A stretch of DNA of 64,000 nt from Macrostomum lignano (Eukaryota): contig NIVC01000532.1 in the NCBI GenBank assembly GCA_002269645.1, positions 402,066 through 466,065 of the forward strand, read 5' to 3'. Positions 35,543-47,134 of the stretch are shown one piece after another. Both the position numbers and the translations under genes were made by a program. The notes under the pieces were generated by a model. It saw only the letters and a program-made list of their open reading frames with translations. It was not told the origin of the DNA and did no database searches. Every line of letters begins with the position of its first letter. Position 1 is the first letter of the stretch.

Positions 35543-37708
35543 ATGACTGCAAAACACAAAAATTCCCACCATCTGTTTCAAGCAATGCCGTTCAAGCCGA
35601 CTGAACGACAAAAGCGGCGTGAAAAGAGGAAAAAATATATTAAAAAAAAATTTGGCTCCCACAGTAGCTACCTAGAGCACATGCGGCGGCAACAGCAGAA
35701 GTATAGGGACAAAGGCAATCGCAAGGACAAGGCAGGGTCCAGCACTTCGGCAGAGATCCCCCAGCGATCCTTGGCAAGATCGGCAGCGGCGTTCAAGCGG
35801 GAGAATGCCAAGCTGAAGGCCAGGGTGCACCTGCTTGAGACTGCTGCCAAGCAGCGCAAGACAAGCAAAACCTGCCTGCGAGTGAAACTTCACCGCGCGA
35901 ATAAGGAATTGGCGGCAAAAAGTTGCCGGCTTCAGGCTTTCACCAACATAGCTAGCCATGTGAAGAGAGCGCTGCAGTCAGTCAGACGGTTCAATAACAC
36001 CCGGCGAGTAATCAAGGCTGCCTGTCTAAACGCCCACGAGGCAGGACGGAAGGCTGTCATGGCCTTCTTTGGCGCCTCCGCGAAGATCTTGAAGCAGCCG
36101 AGAGCGCCGAAGATAAATCTGCTTGTGAGCATCGTCCAGGAGTACTTTTGCCAGGACGAAAACTCGCGGGCCACCTCCTCCTGGAAGGATTGCATCTCCA
36201 AGAGATTTGGCGAGGAGAAGGAGACAAAGCAGAAGCGTTATCTCCTGAGCTCAGTCTCCCTGTTCCATGCAAAATTCCTTTGGGAGTATCCTGGTGTGAA
36301 GATTAGCCGGGCAACATTTAACCGCTAGAAGCCATGGTATGTCAAGAGGGCTCGTCTGTGCGACCGAGACATGTGTATGTGCATAAAGTGCACTAACACG
36401 GAGGCCTTAATCAAAGGCATGCACATTGCTGGACTTCTTCACAGCCACCACATTACTAAAGTGTTGAATGAAATTGTCTGCGACATGGAATCCGCTGACT
36501 GCCTGCTGCGCAAATGCGACGAGTGCCGTTGCAAGTCATTTGTAGTCACGGAGACAGCTGAGGCTGAGCCACAGGTTGTGTACCGCGTTTGGAAGCCTCG
36601 GACAGATGGACGCAGCGGCTTGGATGTGGTCAAAGAAACGGCATCATGCAAGACGGCTATCAGCATGCTGATGGTGCAACTAGTCGACTTTGTGGGCCAC
36701 TTTATGCGGATGCGGAACCAGTATCGTGCAATCCGCCAGGTTAAGGATACTCTGCAGCCGGGACAGCTCCTGTTGCACATAGACTTCTCCGAAAACTATA
36801 CGGCGAAGTACCACAAAGAGGTACAGGCGGCGCACTTTGGCGACAAGGATCAGGTGGTGCTTCATCAAGGCGTGGCCTACATGGCTGGACATCAACCTTG
36901 CTCATTCGCAACGGTATCAGGAGAGAGGAGTAAGACGGCGGAGGCCATCGCCGCTCATCTACAACCAGTCCTTCGCCACTTTAAGGAGAAGCACGATGTC
37001 GATAAGGATGCCTTTAGCCAACTGGACCAGATCGTCATCGTCTCTGATTCTCCATCTAGCCAGTATAGAAATTGCAAGATGGTTTTCTTATTCGACCGCC
37101 TGATGAAGATCATGAGGGTGTCAAGCTGGCGTTGGATCTACACAGAGGCCGGACACGGCAAGGGTGCTGCGGATGGAGTTGGAGCGGCTATCAAACGCCG
37201 CTGCGATGAAGTCGTGGCTAGCCGGCAGGATGTTGTAACACCTCAGGATGTTATGGAAGCCGTCAGATCGGGTAGCCCTCTGCACATACTCACATGGTTG
37301 GTTCAGCCAGAGGACATGAACTATTTCACAAGCATCATCACCTTCGTGGGTGAGGACCTCTGCGGCATGCCAGGCTCGAAGTCGATGCACGATGTCTCAA
37401 GGACTGATGGTGGGTCGATCACTTACCGTCAGCTGTCCTGCATGTGCCCTGGTGCAGCAGTAGCCTGCCCATGCCACGAGATGAAAGTGTGGGCTCCGCT
37501 GATGCTGCCGGAGGCGCCAGCTCCTGATACTGCAACGAGTGGACTCGGATGTGGGCGTGGAGGTGGACGTGGACGCTGAGGTGGACGAGGACGCGGAGGT
37601 GGAGGTGGACGTGGACGCCGAGGTGGACGAGGACGCGGAGGTGGACGTGGACGTGCAAGTGGTGATGAAAAGGCGCTGCTCCCTTATGACTTTTGCAACG
37701 AACCTTAG
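35543..37708 (+). pseudogene. DDD-type DNA transposase (Sola-like, probably Sola2 group) with two nonsense codons and an RGG-rich tail
   Basis: ORFs 35534-36328 and 36371-37579 share a frame and are separated by one TAG (FNR*KPWYV). Motifs are CMCIKC, C..RKCDEC, HIDFSENY, VSDSPSSQYRN and EAGHGKGAADG. A TGA at 37577-37579 interrupts a Gly/Arg repeat that runs to 37708. Family assignment is from recalled motifs; TIRs were not found. Confidence 0.8.
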
Positions 37709-37876
37709 GTAGCTCATCTCATCTCTCTAACTATCCTATATATCCTATATACTAAAAATGAAATCCTATCCTAATTGTATGTGCTATATACCATTAAAGT
37801 AGGGGTTGATTTGCTCACATATATATATTAAATAAAGTTAGGCGCAAATAGTACAAGTAAGGTGAACCATTCGTAT

Positions 37877-38349
37877 TTAAATCCAAATGCGGAACGATGT
37901 CTCCATCGGCTGCGGCAGAGACAAGGGAGTTGGCCTCTTTGGAGTCGGTATCTCCAGCGGCGTTGAGGTGGGCGGTGCAGCATGCTCCGCTGTTGCGGCA
38001 GGATGGACTGCGGCAGCAAGCTGTTGTATTAGCTGTTGGTTCTGCTGCATCTTCGCGGTCATCAATGCGTTGACATTGATGCCAGGAGTTGTCGGGGTGA
38101 GGGTGGCAGCAGTGACCGGCGCAGTAGGAGTAGCAGCCAGTTGTTGTGGGCCCTGGTCGGTCCCGGCGAGGTCGTAGCGGTCGTTAAAGTTGGTGTCAAA
38201 GAGGCATCAGGACCAGTGGGGGCTCCAGAACTAGTGCCAGCGGTGGCAGCAACAGCGGTCGGAGTGGGCGGCATGGTATGCGCCAGAGCAGTAGTGGTTG
38301 CAGAAGTGGATGTGGTGTCGCCGGCATCCATCAAGCGCGTAATAACCAT
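37877..38349 (-). pseudogene. Frameshifted Thr/Ala/Pro/Gln-rich coding remnant, tail-to-tail with the transposase
   Basis: A GC-rich island in AT-rich DNA. Two ORFs of similar composition (38062-38349 and 37877-38065 extended upstream) overlap in different frames near 38150-38200. Confidence 0.3.
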
Positions 38350-41300
38350 GAATTATTTGAAGAGTTGTGAACGCTCTGCTACCAAATTTTTTGCTTGGAC
38401 AACAAACTAATGAGCAGTTAGTAGATGGAGTGTATTTCGTGGCAGTGGAAGCAAAAGGTAAAGCAGAAAGAAAGGAACATGGACGCGCTTGAGGGGAGCA
38501 AAGCTAAGAGAAACCTGTAACGGAGAGAGCAGGTCTTGTACATAGATATAAAAGTGGTAAACGCAAAGGATGAGGTCACTATTGCTGGAATTGCTTGGCT
38601 TAACGGTAGGGATGAGGTCATAGACAATAAATAAGGTTAGCTGCAACTAATGTGTTAAAGGGACTAAAAGTACATGAAGACGTAAGACGAAGGCGAAGGC
38701 CCAAAAGAGGTGAAGTATTGGAGGATTATAATCCGACACCCATGATGTTGAAACTCGGTCCATCACATCCTGTTACATTTCTTTAAACTAGTGTTAAATG
38801 CACACTATGTTTAGAATACTATCATTCTTCATGCACTATTTTTATTGATTTAGGGGCAGTCAAGTCCAAGCATGACTGTTTCGATAGCTTCATTATTTAG
38901 TTCCTTCATGCCTACATATACAGATAAATGTTTTTTAATCTACCCATTTCATCAAATTGTTTTCAGTTGTTTTTGTCCTGCAGTAACGTTTGTAAATCCT
39001 TTTGGATTGTAATACTTTAGCATAAACCAGTCAGTATACATGTACTTTTTAAATTTCTTCTTGTTTAATAATATTGTATCCATTCATAGCAGACTAGAGT
39101 ATATAGCTGTTTGCAAGACTACATTTCTTGCAAGAATAAAAAATATAAGACAAGAAAATGTCTTATTTATAATAAATAATCACATTTAGAGTCAAACATA
39201 GATAATTCTACAGAATATCAGGCTGCATTCATATGTACCATATATTAAGATGTCCAAACTCCAATATTCCATGCATATTTACAATGCAACAAAGCTTTTT
39301 GCAATCATATTTCATTTCTGTGCTTGATTTGTTTTGTATCTTCTTTCCAGTTTTTGCATCTTCTTGCACTTTTTGAGACTATACACAATGCACACGAATT
39401 TTCTCAGCTCTTTATATGCCATGTGTGCTATATTTAAACTGCCTTTGTAATTTCATACTTACTATAAAGCTTCTCTATTATACACTCATGCTTTAATTTT
39501 TGCTGTAGATGTATAAATATATTCTTTTTCCGTCTGAAGCAGACTTCTGAGTTAAAATATGAGTACATATAGATCTTCCTATAGATGTTTGAATCATCCG
39601 AAAGGATTATGTGATACATAAACTTTGCAATCATTCTTGTAACCACAGATATGAATTAGCGCCTAGCGGGATACTAAATTTCGCGCATAAATGCACATAT
39701 CAGTCGTTCACGCTAAGAAATGTAGCTAACAATTTTCAGATAATGTTTTGAATTACTATATTTGCGTTATCCAACGCAATGCGCATTGTAATTAATTTGT
39801 AAATAGCAAGAAAATGTCACGAACAAAGCAATGTAATACTTGAGATAGTACCCTGTTGCGCGACGCACAAATTGTTTAAAGTTAAACGAATGCGTATCAT
39901 AGGTATACAGTCATATTATAACAAAATATGTTTATTTAAGGGTTCAGCGCTCCGTAAACAGAAAACTAATTAAATGAAATTATTATCTATTTTAAAATAA
40001 TAAATTACTCTATAGAATTTGACGATGATATGCTGGTGTATTTCTAGTTTTCGTGCAATAAAATAATTCCGATATTAATATTTAAACAAAGCGGCATTCC
40101 ATGCTGTCCTGACATTTTGTTGTGGTTTACGACACAAAATACGTTTGTTGCATCTATAATGCGTTCTTAGGTAAAGATTGTGTCACGAATTTTTAAAGAA
40201 AAAAAACGGAAGCATAAGCAGTGCCTGATTTTGAGAACGACCCACTATATATTATTGATAAATTTGGTTACTTGATAATATGCCAGATACATATAAGATA
40301 ATAAAGACAATTAGTTTTTATTTGATATTTATTTTTTAGAGGCTATTATAAAACCCAGGGATTTTAAACCTACTGAATTCCAATAAATCTATTGGAACTA
40401 TTTTTGCATGCATTTTGAAATATGTAGAAGTTGAGCTTTAACAAAACGTTATTAATGGTAAGGAAATAAACAAAACTTAAAATTAAATTTGAATTAAAGT
40501 GACCTGCTTTAGTCAAAGATGCAATAAAGTGTAATAAAGCATATTTAGATTATTTATATTCATCTTTACATATAAAAATTAAAACTCTGTCTATGTGTAT
40601 GTGTATGTGTATATATACAATATTGATTGCTATGGACTCCCAAACCACTCAATCAAATGACACCAAACTTTACACCCACCCTAGACTTACTACAAAGAAT
40701 GTCTTAGGCTACCTTTAAATTTCCTAGACTCAAGTCTTCCTACCTAAAAGTACAAAAAACTGTTTAAAATGCGCAATTTTTTCATTTATCCTCCATAGTG
40801 CCACTCCACTTCTACCAATTCTCTTCAAATCTGACACAGACAATTTTCAACTATTTTGACACAATCGTGTAAAATTTCGAATCTGAAAGTTAATCCTGAA
40901 CAGCACTGTGCACTTTTAAAGTTAGGCTGCTTTTTTTCAACGAGGCAGCCACCCCAACCTCCCCCCGCCTGCCTCTCTTTCCCAATCCCGATCTGGGCCC
41001 AGATGTGTAAAAGGGTTTCAAAATTGACTAACTTTCAGCTGCCATAAGCTTTCTCCACATAAAGCGATTGACTTTAAACTTGACACAATTTTTCATTGAC
41101 TTATTCTCTGTCTAAATGTAAAGTTTCAACTCTGTATCTCAATCAGGACAGAAACTGTAAGCATGTGAAGTTTGTCTGCTTCTTCTGTTGCTTGTGCTGC
41201 TAAATCACTCTCACTCATTCTTCCCACCCAGACAAAGGATCAGGCGATAGAGCTCAATGTACATAGCGAATGTATAGTGTTTTGGAATAACTTTTTAATA

Positions 41301-41809
41301 GCCTTCTCTGCACCCCACAAGTGGAGAGGCGTGAGAGGAAAGACAGTTTAGCGAGAGATTCAAACCACTGTCCTTTGAATAGACAAAGTCTGCAGCAGTT
41401 GAACAAGGATGACAATTGGCAAATCAAGGCAATGTGGGATGGTTTGTAAAAATAGAGAAAAATTAATGAATAACTGATTACAATGCAATCCTACTAAATT
41501 AGTTACACCATGAAAATTTTAACATTAAGATTCATATAAGGTACTTTAAAATTTAAATGGCCTCCTAAGAAATGTGTATTTCCTTGGTTGTTAGACTGCT
41601 GCAGACTGTGGTGGTAGAGCTGGAGAATGGAGACACACAAATTCCTCTTAGGGCTGCTAATTGGCCAGAAAGATGACGTGATTAAAGCATGAGAAATGAT
41701 AACAACTATGTCCCACAAACTGGCTTTCAAAGCAAAGATCAGCAGATTTTTATCTCAAAGGCCAGATAAAGAATCCAGCTCATGGCTGCAGGCCAAATGA
41801 GAGTGAAAA

Positions 41810-42305
41810 GGAAAAGGAATAGACTATTAGAAAGGGAGGAGGGGCGAGAGAGGATAAGAGAATAGATAGAAAATAACAGGAGGGACGAGGGAGTTTGAGG
41901 AGAGAGCAGAGAATATGGGACAAATAAGTGAAAGGAGGGGAGAGAGAAAGGGAGAGGAAATAATAAAGGTGAGAAGATGGAGAGAGAAGAGGGGGGAGAT
42001 GAGACAGAGGATTGATGAGAGAGGAGAGTAGAGAAGAGTGAGAAGAGATGAGAGATGAGAGAACAGAGAGGCAGATGAGAGAGGAGAGGGAAGAGAGAAT
42101 AGAGAGCAGAGAGAAATGAGAAGAGATAAAAGAGGAGAAAGGAGATATGAGAGACCAGAGAGAAGAGAGGAGATGAGATAGAAAAGAATAGAGGGGAGAG
42201 GGAAGAGATAAGAGAAGAGACGAGAGAGGAGAGAGGACAGAGGAGAGAAGAAAGAAGAGATAAGAGGAGAGAGAGAGAAGAGACAAGATAGGAAACAGAA
42301 AAGAT
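41810..42305. repeat. Polypurine (GA-rich) low-complexity tract
   Basis: Almost exclusively A/G on the plus strand. Confidence 0.85.
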
Positions 42306-42708
42306 TGAAGTTTCAAAGGATGCAAAGGACATAGGGAGAGGCAGAGGTAGAGGCCAGAGTTTGCCTGACATTCTGCACAGCACCCCAGCCAACAATATCA
42401 ATGTTTGCCTCAAATCCTAATTTTACATGAATGTACACTATTTCATGTTTTACTCTATCCTAACTATTAACAAGTTTTTGTTTGAGTTTGACCTCAGATT
42501 TTAGAATACATGCAAAAAAATTCAGGGGAATGAAGTTCTCCGGGTTTAAAATCTGCGTGTTTCAACAGCTTGTATTTATATGTTTATATTCATATTCATA
42601 TTCATATTCAGACCCTTGCTTGCCAACCTACTTGCATTCAATATAGAGTTAGAAGATCAGTCTCAACTGCCTTTAGCATGCATATATGGGTTTAGGTGAT
42701 GCCTAGTC

Positions 42709-43049
42709 CTGGGTTTTTTTGTCAAAATCATTATGCCATTTGGCATAATAGCATCAAACTTATTATGCCTTTATCAATTTTGACATGCCATTGGCATAAA
42801 ATGCAAGATACAATTTGCCATTGATCGTACTGTACAAATTATAAATCATACAACTGTCACAATAAACAAAGTAATATTTAAACAAATTTAAAAGCAAAAT
42901 TGAAATTTAGAATTGGGTATTTAGCTTTGGCAATTTGGCAATGGCATAATGGCAAAAAATTGTTATACCATTTTGGCATAATAGCATCAATCATTATGCC
43001 ATTTTTAATTTTGATATGCCATGGCATGCCTATGACATGAAAAACCTAG
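42709..43049. mobile_element. Degenerate hAT-like MITE (341 bp)
   Basis: Termini CTGGGTTTTT / AAAAACCTAG (1 mismatch), flanks GCCTAGTC / GCCTAGTT (7/8 TSD match), and many internal TATGCC/GGCATA motifs in both orientations. Confidence 0.55.
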
Positions 43050-43496
43050 GCCTAGTTTATTTCTAGCATGACATAGTCACAATAAGAATGTAGGCAGAAT
43101 TGCCAAGAATGGATTGAAATATTTGGAAGAGACACCCCCCCCCCCCAAATAGCAGGTTTATTCATAACCAAAAAAATGCAGAGTTAGAGAACTATGTAGG
43201 GGGGGGAGGCATTTTTACTGGACCAGGACTCTTGCAAAGAAAAATACAAATAAATAAGCAGTGCAGGAAAGGACGACATGTCCTTTAAAACAGGCTGGAA
43301 GAGGTGTACTCACTACAATGTTATTTAATTTTAGACTGAGTCTATGACAAAAAAACGAGTTAAAATTACACAAATAGAAAATAACTACAGGAATATGCTA
43401 GTATTTAGAACTTTCCACTGAGTTAACTTTTGAATTTGAAGAATATTTAAAGCATTAAGACTGTCTGTAATAGACAATAAAAAACTACCTACGCAG

Positions 43497-44023
43497 ATTC
43501 GATTGAGCCAGTAGCTGCGCTGTCCTCATCAACTACTGACACAAGTAGTAGTAACAGTAGCAGTGGCGTATACAGAAGGCCCGACCAAGCCAAATACGTG
43601 CCACCAGGCCGCCGGGCCCTGCTAATCCGCGAAGCCGAAGAGGCCGACGATTGTCGTCGACGTCGTGAGGCCGATGAACAGCGTCGAAGACGCGAAGCTC
43701 GTCGGGAGGCCGCTGACCGAGAAAAGTGGGTGAGACGGCGACCAACAGCGCTAGCAACGGAATCGACTACGCCGGACATTGCCAGTCTGTCGTTGTCGCC
43801 GACAAACTCTTCTAGCATCGACACTGGCAAGCTGGGCCACCTTATGGAGCTGTATGACTTTGCCAGTGATTTGCACGTTGACGATGTCGGTCATTCGTTG
43901 CGCCGATTCGGCCAGCCGAGGATTCAATTTGTTGACGATGGTCACCTGCTGGCGGCGTTCGCCTCGGCTGGCGAGGCCGAACAGGCGGCGATGAGGCCGC
44001 CGGATTGTCTCAGAATGAGACCG
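43497..44023 (+). CDS. R3HCC1: R3HCC1/R3HCC1L-like protein, internal exon (coiled coil and RRM-like domain)
   Basis: Acceptor ctacgcag|AT. Translates YRRPDQAKYVPPGRR, a charged coiled coil, then HLMELYDFASDLHVDD...IQFVDDGHLLAAFAS...LRMRP, matching the family pattern (IEIYDFP...IKWVDDTHALGVF). Donor CCG|gtaagg. The 5' exons were not located. Confidence 0.8.
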
Positions 44024-44027
44024 GTAA

Positions 44028-44310
44028 GGGGATTTCGGTGTCTAGGGGTTGCCAGGGGATTTCGGTGTCTAGGGGTTGCCAGGGGATTTCGGTGTCTAGG
44101 GGTTGCCAGGGGATTTCGGTGTCTAGGGGTTGCCAGGGGATTTCGGCGTCCACAAAGGATTTCGGTGTCTAGGGGTTGCCAGGGCATTTCGGTGTCTAGG
44201 GGTTGCCAGGGGATTTCGGCGTCCACAAAGGATTTCGGTGTCTAGGGGTTGCCAGGGGATTTCGGCGTCTGGGGTTGCCAGGGGATTTCGGCGTCTGGGG
44301 TTGTCAGGGG
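44028..44310. repeat. 27-bp minisatellite (GGGGATTTCGGTGTCTAGGGGTTGCCA)n filling the R3HCC1-like intron
   Basis: Begins immediately after the donor; about 10 units. Confidence 0.92.
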
Positions 44311-44370
44311 ATTTAGCAATGGGGTCAATAGTTGAAGCAATAAGAGTCGGCTCGGCCGTTTCCTCTTCAG

Positions 44371-44631
44371 GTGTCTCAGGCCAGCCCGGCAGTGGCCGCA
44401 TTCATAGCCGCTTGCGTTGCCTCAAATCAGACCGACACGACTTTGGCGCCGGCGAAACGGCGCCCAGAAACCGACGTCAAAGTGGCGCACCGATTCATCC
44501 GCAATCATCTGGGCGGTGCGCGGGCCAGCAGTGCCGGCCTTGGCGGCAGGCAGAAGGACGGCGGCATTGGCGACAGCCGCATGAACTCGCGCTGCAGCGA
44601 TGGCAATTGGCGATCTCTGCGAAGTCAGTAG
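44371..44631 (+). CDS. R3HCC1: R3HCC1/R3HCC1L-like protein, last coding exon
   Basis: Acceptor tttcctcttcag|GTG in phase 0. VSQAS...PAKRRPETDVKVAHRFIRNHLG matches the family C-terminal [22 protein letters not shown]. Stop TAG; AATAAA at 45061-45066. Confidence 0.8.
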   Translation: MSQASPAVAAFIAACVASNQTDTTLAPAKRRPETDVKVAHRFIRNHLGGARASSAGLGGRQKDGGIGDSRMNSRCSDGNWRSLRSQ

Positions 44632-44635
44632 GTTA

Positions 44636-44763
44636 CTGTACTATGGTTCCGTGTGTACTATGGTTCCGTGTGTACTATGGTTCCGTGTGTACTATGGTTC
44701 CGTGTGTACTATGGTTCCGTGTGTACTATGGTTCCGTGTGTACTATGGTTCCGTGTGTACTAT
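44636..44763. repeat. 17-bp repeat (TACTATGGTTCCGTGTG)n directly after the R3HCC1-like stop codon
   Basis: About 7 perfect units. Confidence 0.93.
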
Positions 44764-44837
44764 TTCCTCTGGTTGTTTTGATTTATAGTTTATTCTTTAA
44801 TTCGTTGCTTAAAATGCTTTTTAAGGGGCCAATCGGC

Positions 44838-44943
44838 CAGATTCTCAGTTGCTGGGCCAGCCTCCCAGATGCTCAGTTTCTGGGCCAGCCTCCCAGTTCC
44901 TCAGTTTCTGGGCCAGCCTCCCAGATGCTCAGTTGCTGGGCCA
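44838..44943. repeat. Short inverted copy (about 4 units) of the 28-bp PHB2-intron minisatellite
   Basis: CTCAGTTGCTGGGCCAGCCTCCCAGATG is the reverse complement of the 26172-26697 unit. Confidence 0.85.
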
Positions 44944-45317
44944 CCTTTATTTTACTTACTTTCATGAGTCGTAGCTGTACATACGCATTGTTAACTAGCT
45001 AATTTGTAACTTTTTTTCCGGTTCTATATCAAGAACAGTAACACGAAGTGTTGAATAATTAATAAATTTAAGCTTATTCGATGTAACTTTTATCAGCACA
45101 GCTTTAGCTTTTAATTCCTGTTTGTTTGAAATTCTCTATCTCTCTTTCACCGAAAAATTATGTTTTTTACTATTGTTAACGATTGTGTTGTTAATTGTAA
45201 AAATTTTTGGTGGAACAGACGGCATTGTGCAAATCCATAATCGATCTCACCGTTCTCACCCGGTTACGTTTCTTCATTCTAGACTGGACCGAACTCTGTC
45301 TGTCATTGTGAACTGGC

Positions 45318-46437
45318 TTACTGCGTGTTTTCTAGGAATTGTCACTCTGTTGCGTGTTTTCTAGGAATTGTCACTCTGTTACGTGTTTCCTAGGAATTGT
45401 CACTCTGTTGCGTGTTTCCTAGGAATTGTCACTGTTGCGTGTTTTCTAGGAATTGTCACTCTGTTGCGTGTTTTCTAGGAATTGTCACTCTGTTGCATGT
45501 TTTCTAGGAATTGTCACTCTGTTGCGTGTTTCCTAGGAATTGTCACTCTGTTGCGTGTTTCCTAGGAATTGTCACTCTGTTGCGTGTTTCCTAGGAATTG
45601 TCACTCTGTTACGTGTTTCCTAGGAATTGTCACTCTGTTGCGTGTTTCCTAGGAATTGTCACTCTGTTGCGTGTTTCCTAGGAATTGTCACTCTGTTGCG
45701 TGTTTTCTAGGAATTGTCACTCTGTTGCGTGTTTTCTAGGAATTGTCACTCTGTTACGTGTTTCCTAGGAATTGTCACTCTGTTGCGTGTTTTCTATGAA
45801 TTGTCACTCTGTTGCGTGTTTTCTATGAATTGTCACTCTGTTGCGTGTTTTCTAGGAATTGTCACTGTGTTGCGTGTTTTCTACGAATTGTCACTCTGTT
45901 GCATGTTTTCTAGGAATTGTCACTCTGTTGCGTGTTTTCTAGGAATTGTCACTCTGTTGCGTGTTTTCTAGGAATTGTCACTCTGTTGCGTGTTTTCTAG
46001 GAATTGTCACTCTGTTGCGTGTTTTCTAGGAATTGTCACTCTGTTGCGTGTTTTCTAGGAATTGTCACTCTGTTGCGTGTTTTCTAGGAATTGTCACTCT
46101 GTTGCGTGTTTTCTACGAATTGTCACTCTGTTGCATGTTTTCTAGGAATTGTCACTCTGTTGCGTGTTTTCTAGGAATTGTCACTCTGTTGCGTGTTTTC
46201 TAGGAATTGTCACTCTGTTGCGTGTTTTCTAGGAATTGTCACTCTGTTGCGTGTTTTCTACGAATTGTCACTCTGTTGCATGTTTTCTAGGAATTGTCAC
46301 TCTGTTGCGTGTTTTCTAGGAATTGTCACTCTGTTGCGTGTTTTCTAGGAATTGTCACTCTGTTGCGTGTTTTCTAGGAATTGTCACTCTGTTGCGTGTT
46401 TCCTAGGAATTGTCACTCTGTTGCGTGCGTGTTTTCT
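45318..46437. repeat. 29-bp minisatellite (TTGTCACTCTGTTGCGTGTTTTCTAGGAA)n
   Basis: About 38 units. Confidence 0.95.
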
Positions 46438-47134
46438 AGGATTTCTAGCGTTCTGTCGCCGTCACCCTCTCAGCCGCAGCATTAGCCTTGCATTTTTCCC
46501 CTCATAAATGCCGTTATTTTCTCACGTTTTTAGCCTAAAAAACGCAGTGGTTAATAAATAAGTTCTCTTTATATAATCTGCTGTATTTAGCTAGCTAGGA
46601 TAATTCCAACTCTGTCATTTATGCATAGCCGATGCGAAGATTATTTAAGTTGTGTTTAATTTATTCTTTGTTTTGTCTTACTGCACCGCTTTATTATCGC
46701 AGTGTAAGTGCACGCAATTCGTTAAGTAAATGAACGGTTATAAATATAATGTTTACTATATATATATATATATTTGTTTTGCAGCATAAATTATTTTCTA
46801 TTCCATTACCTCGTATATTTGTAATAATTTCCTGCTTCAGATTAAGTTTTTTATAATAGTTAATACTTAAAATGCGTTACATTCTACTGTTTAGTAAGCG
46901 AGAGTAGTCTGATTTGCGGTAGTGCAATAATTAATTGCCTATGGTTGTTCATTAGTTTCAGCGGATTGTTTGCGTCGATCGTTCACCTGAAATGGGTAAA
47001 TTTTACATAACTGGGAGTGTTGTGACCGGTAAAACTGTAGAATTGCTTCTCAAATTTTTATAAAAATGCTACTTTTCTACCGGCCTGAGAGTCGCCTCTT
47101 AACCGCCCTTAAAATCGCCTCTTTTCCACCCTGA

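Noticed and set aside
33900-40500. Terminal inverted repeats for the Sola-like element
   Set aside because: Only a 9-nt match (CTACTGAAT at about 40370 versus about 34617-34625 inverted) was found by eye. It does not extend, so the element boundaries are left undefined.
40585-41180. Possible Helitron-like or other non-autonomous repeat (starts with a TGTA/TCTG microsatellite)
   Set aside because: No terminal hairpin, CTRR end, TIR or TSD could be identified.
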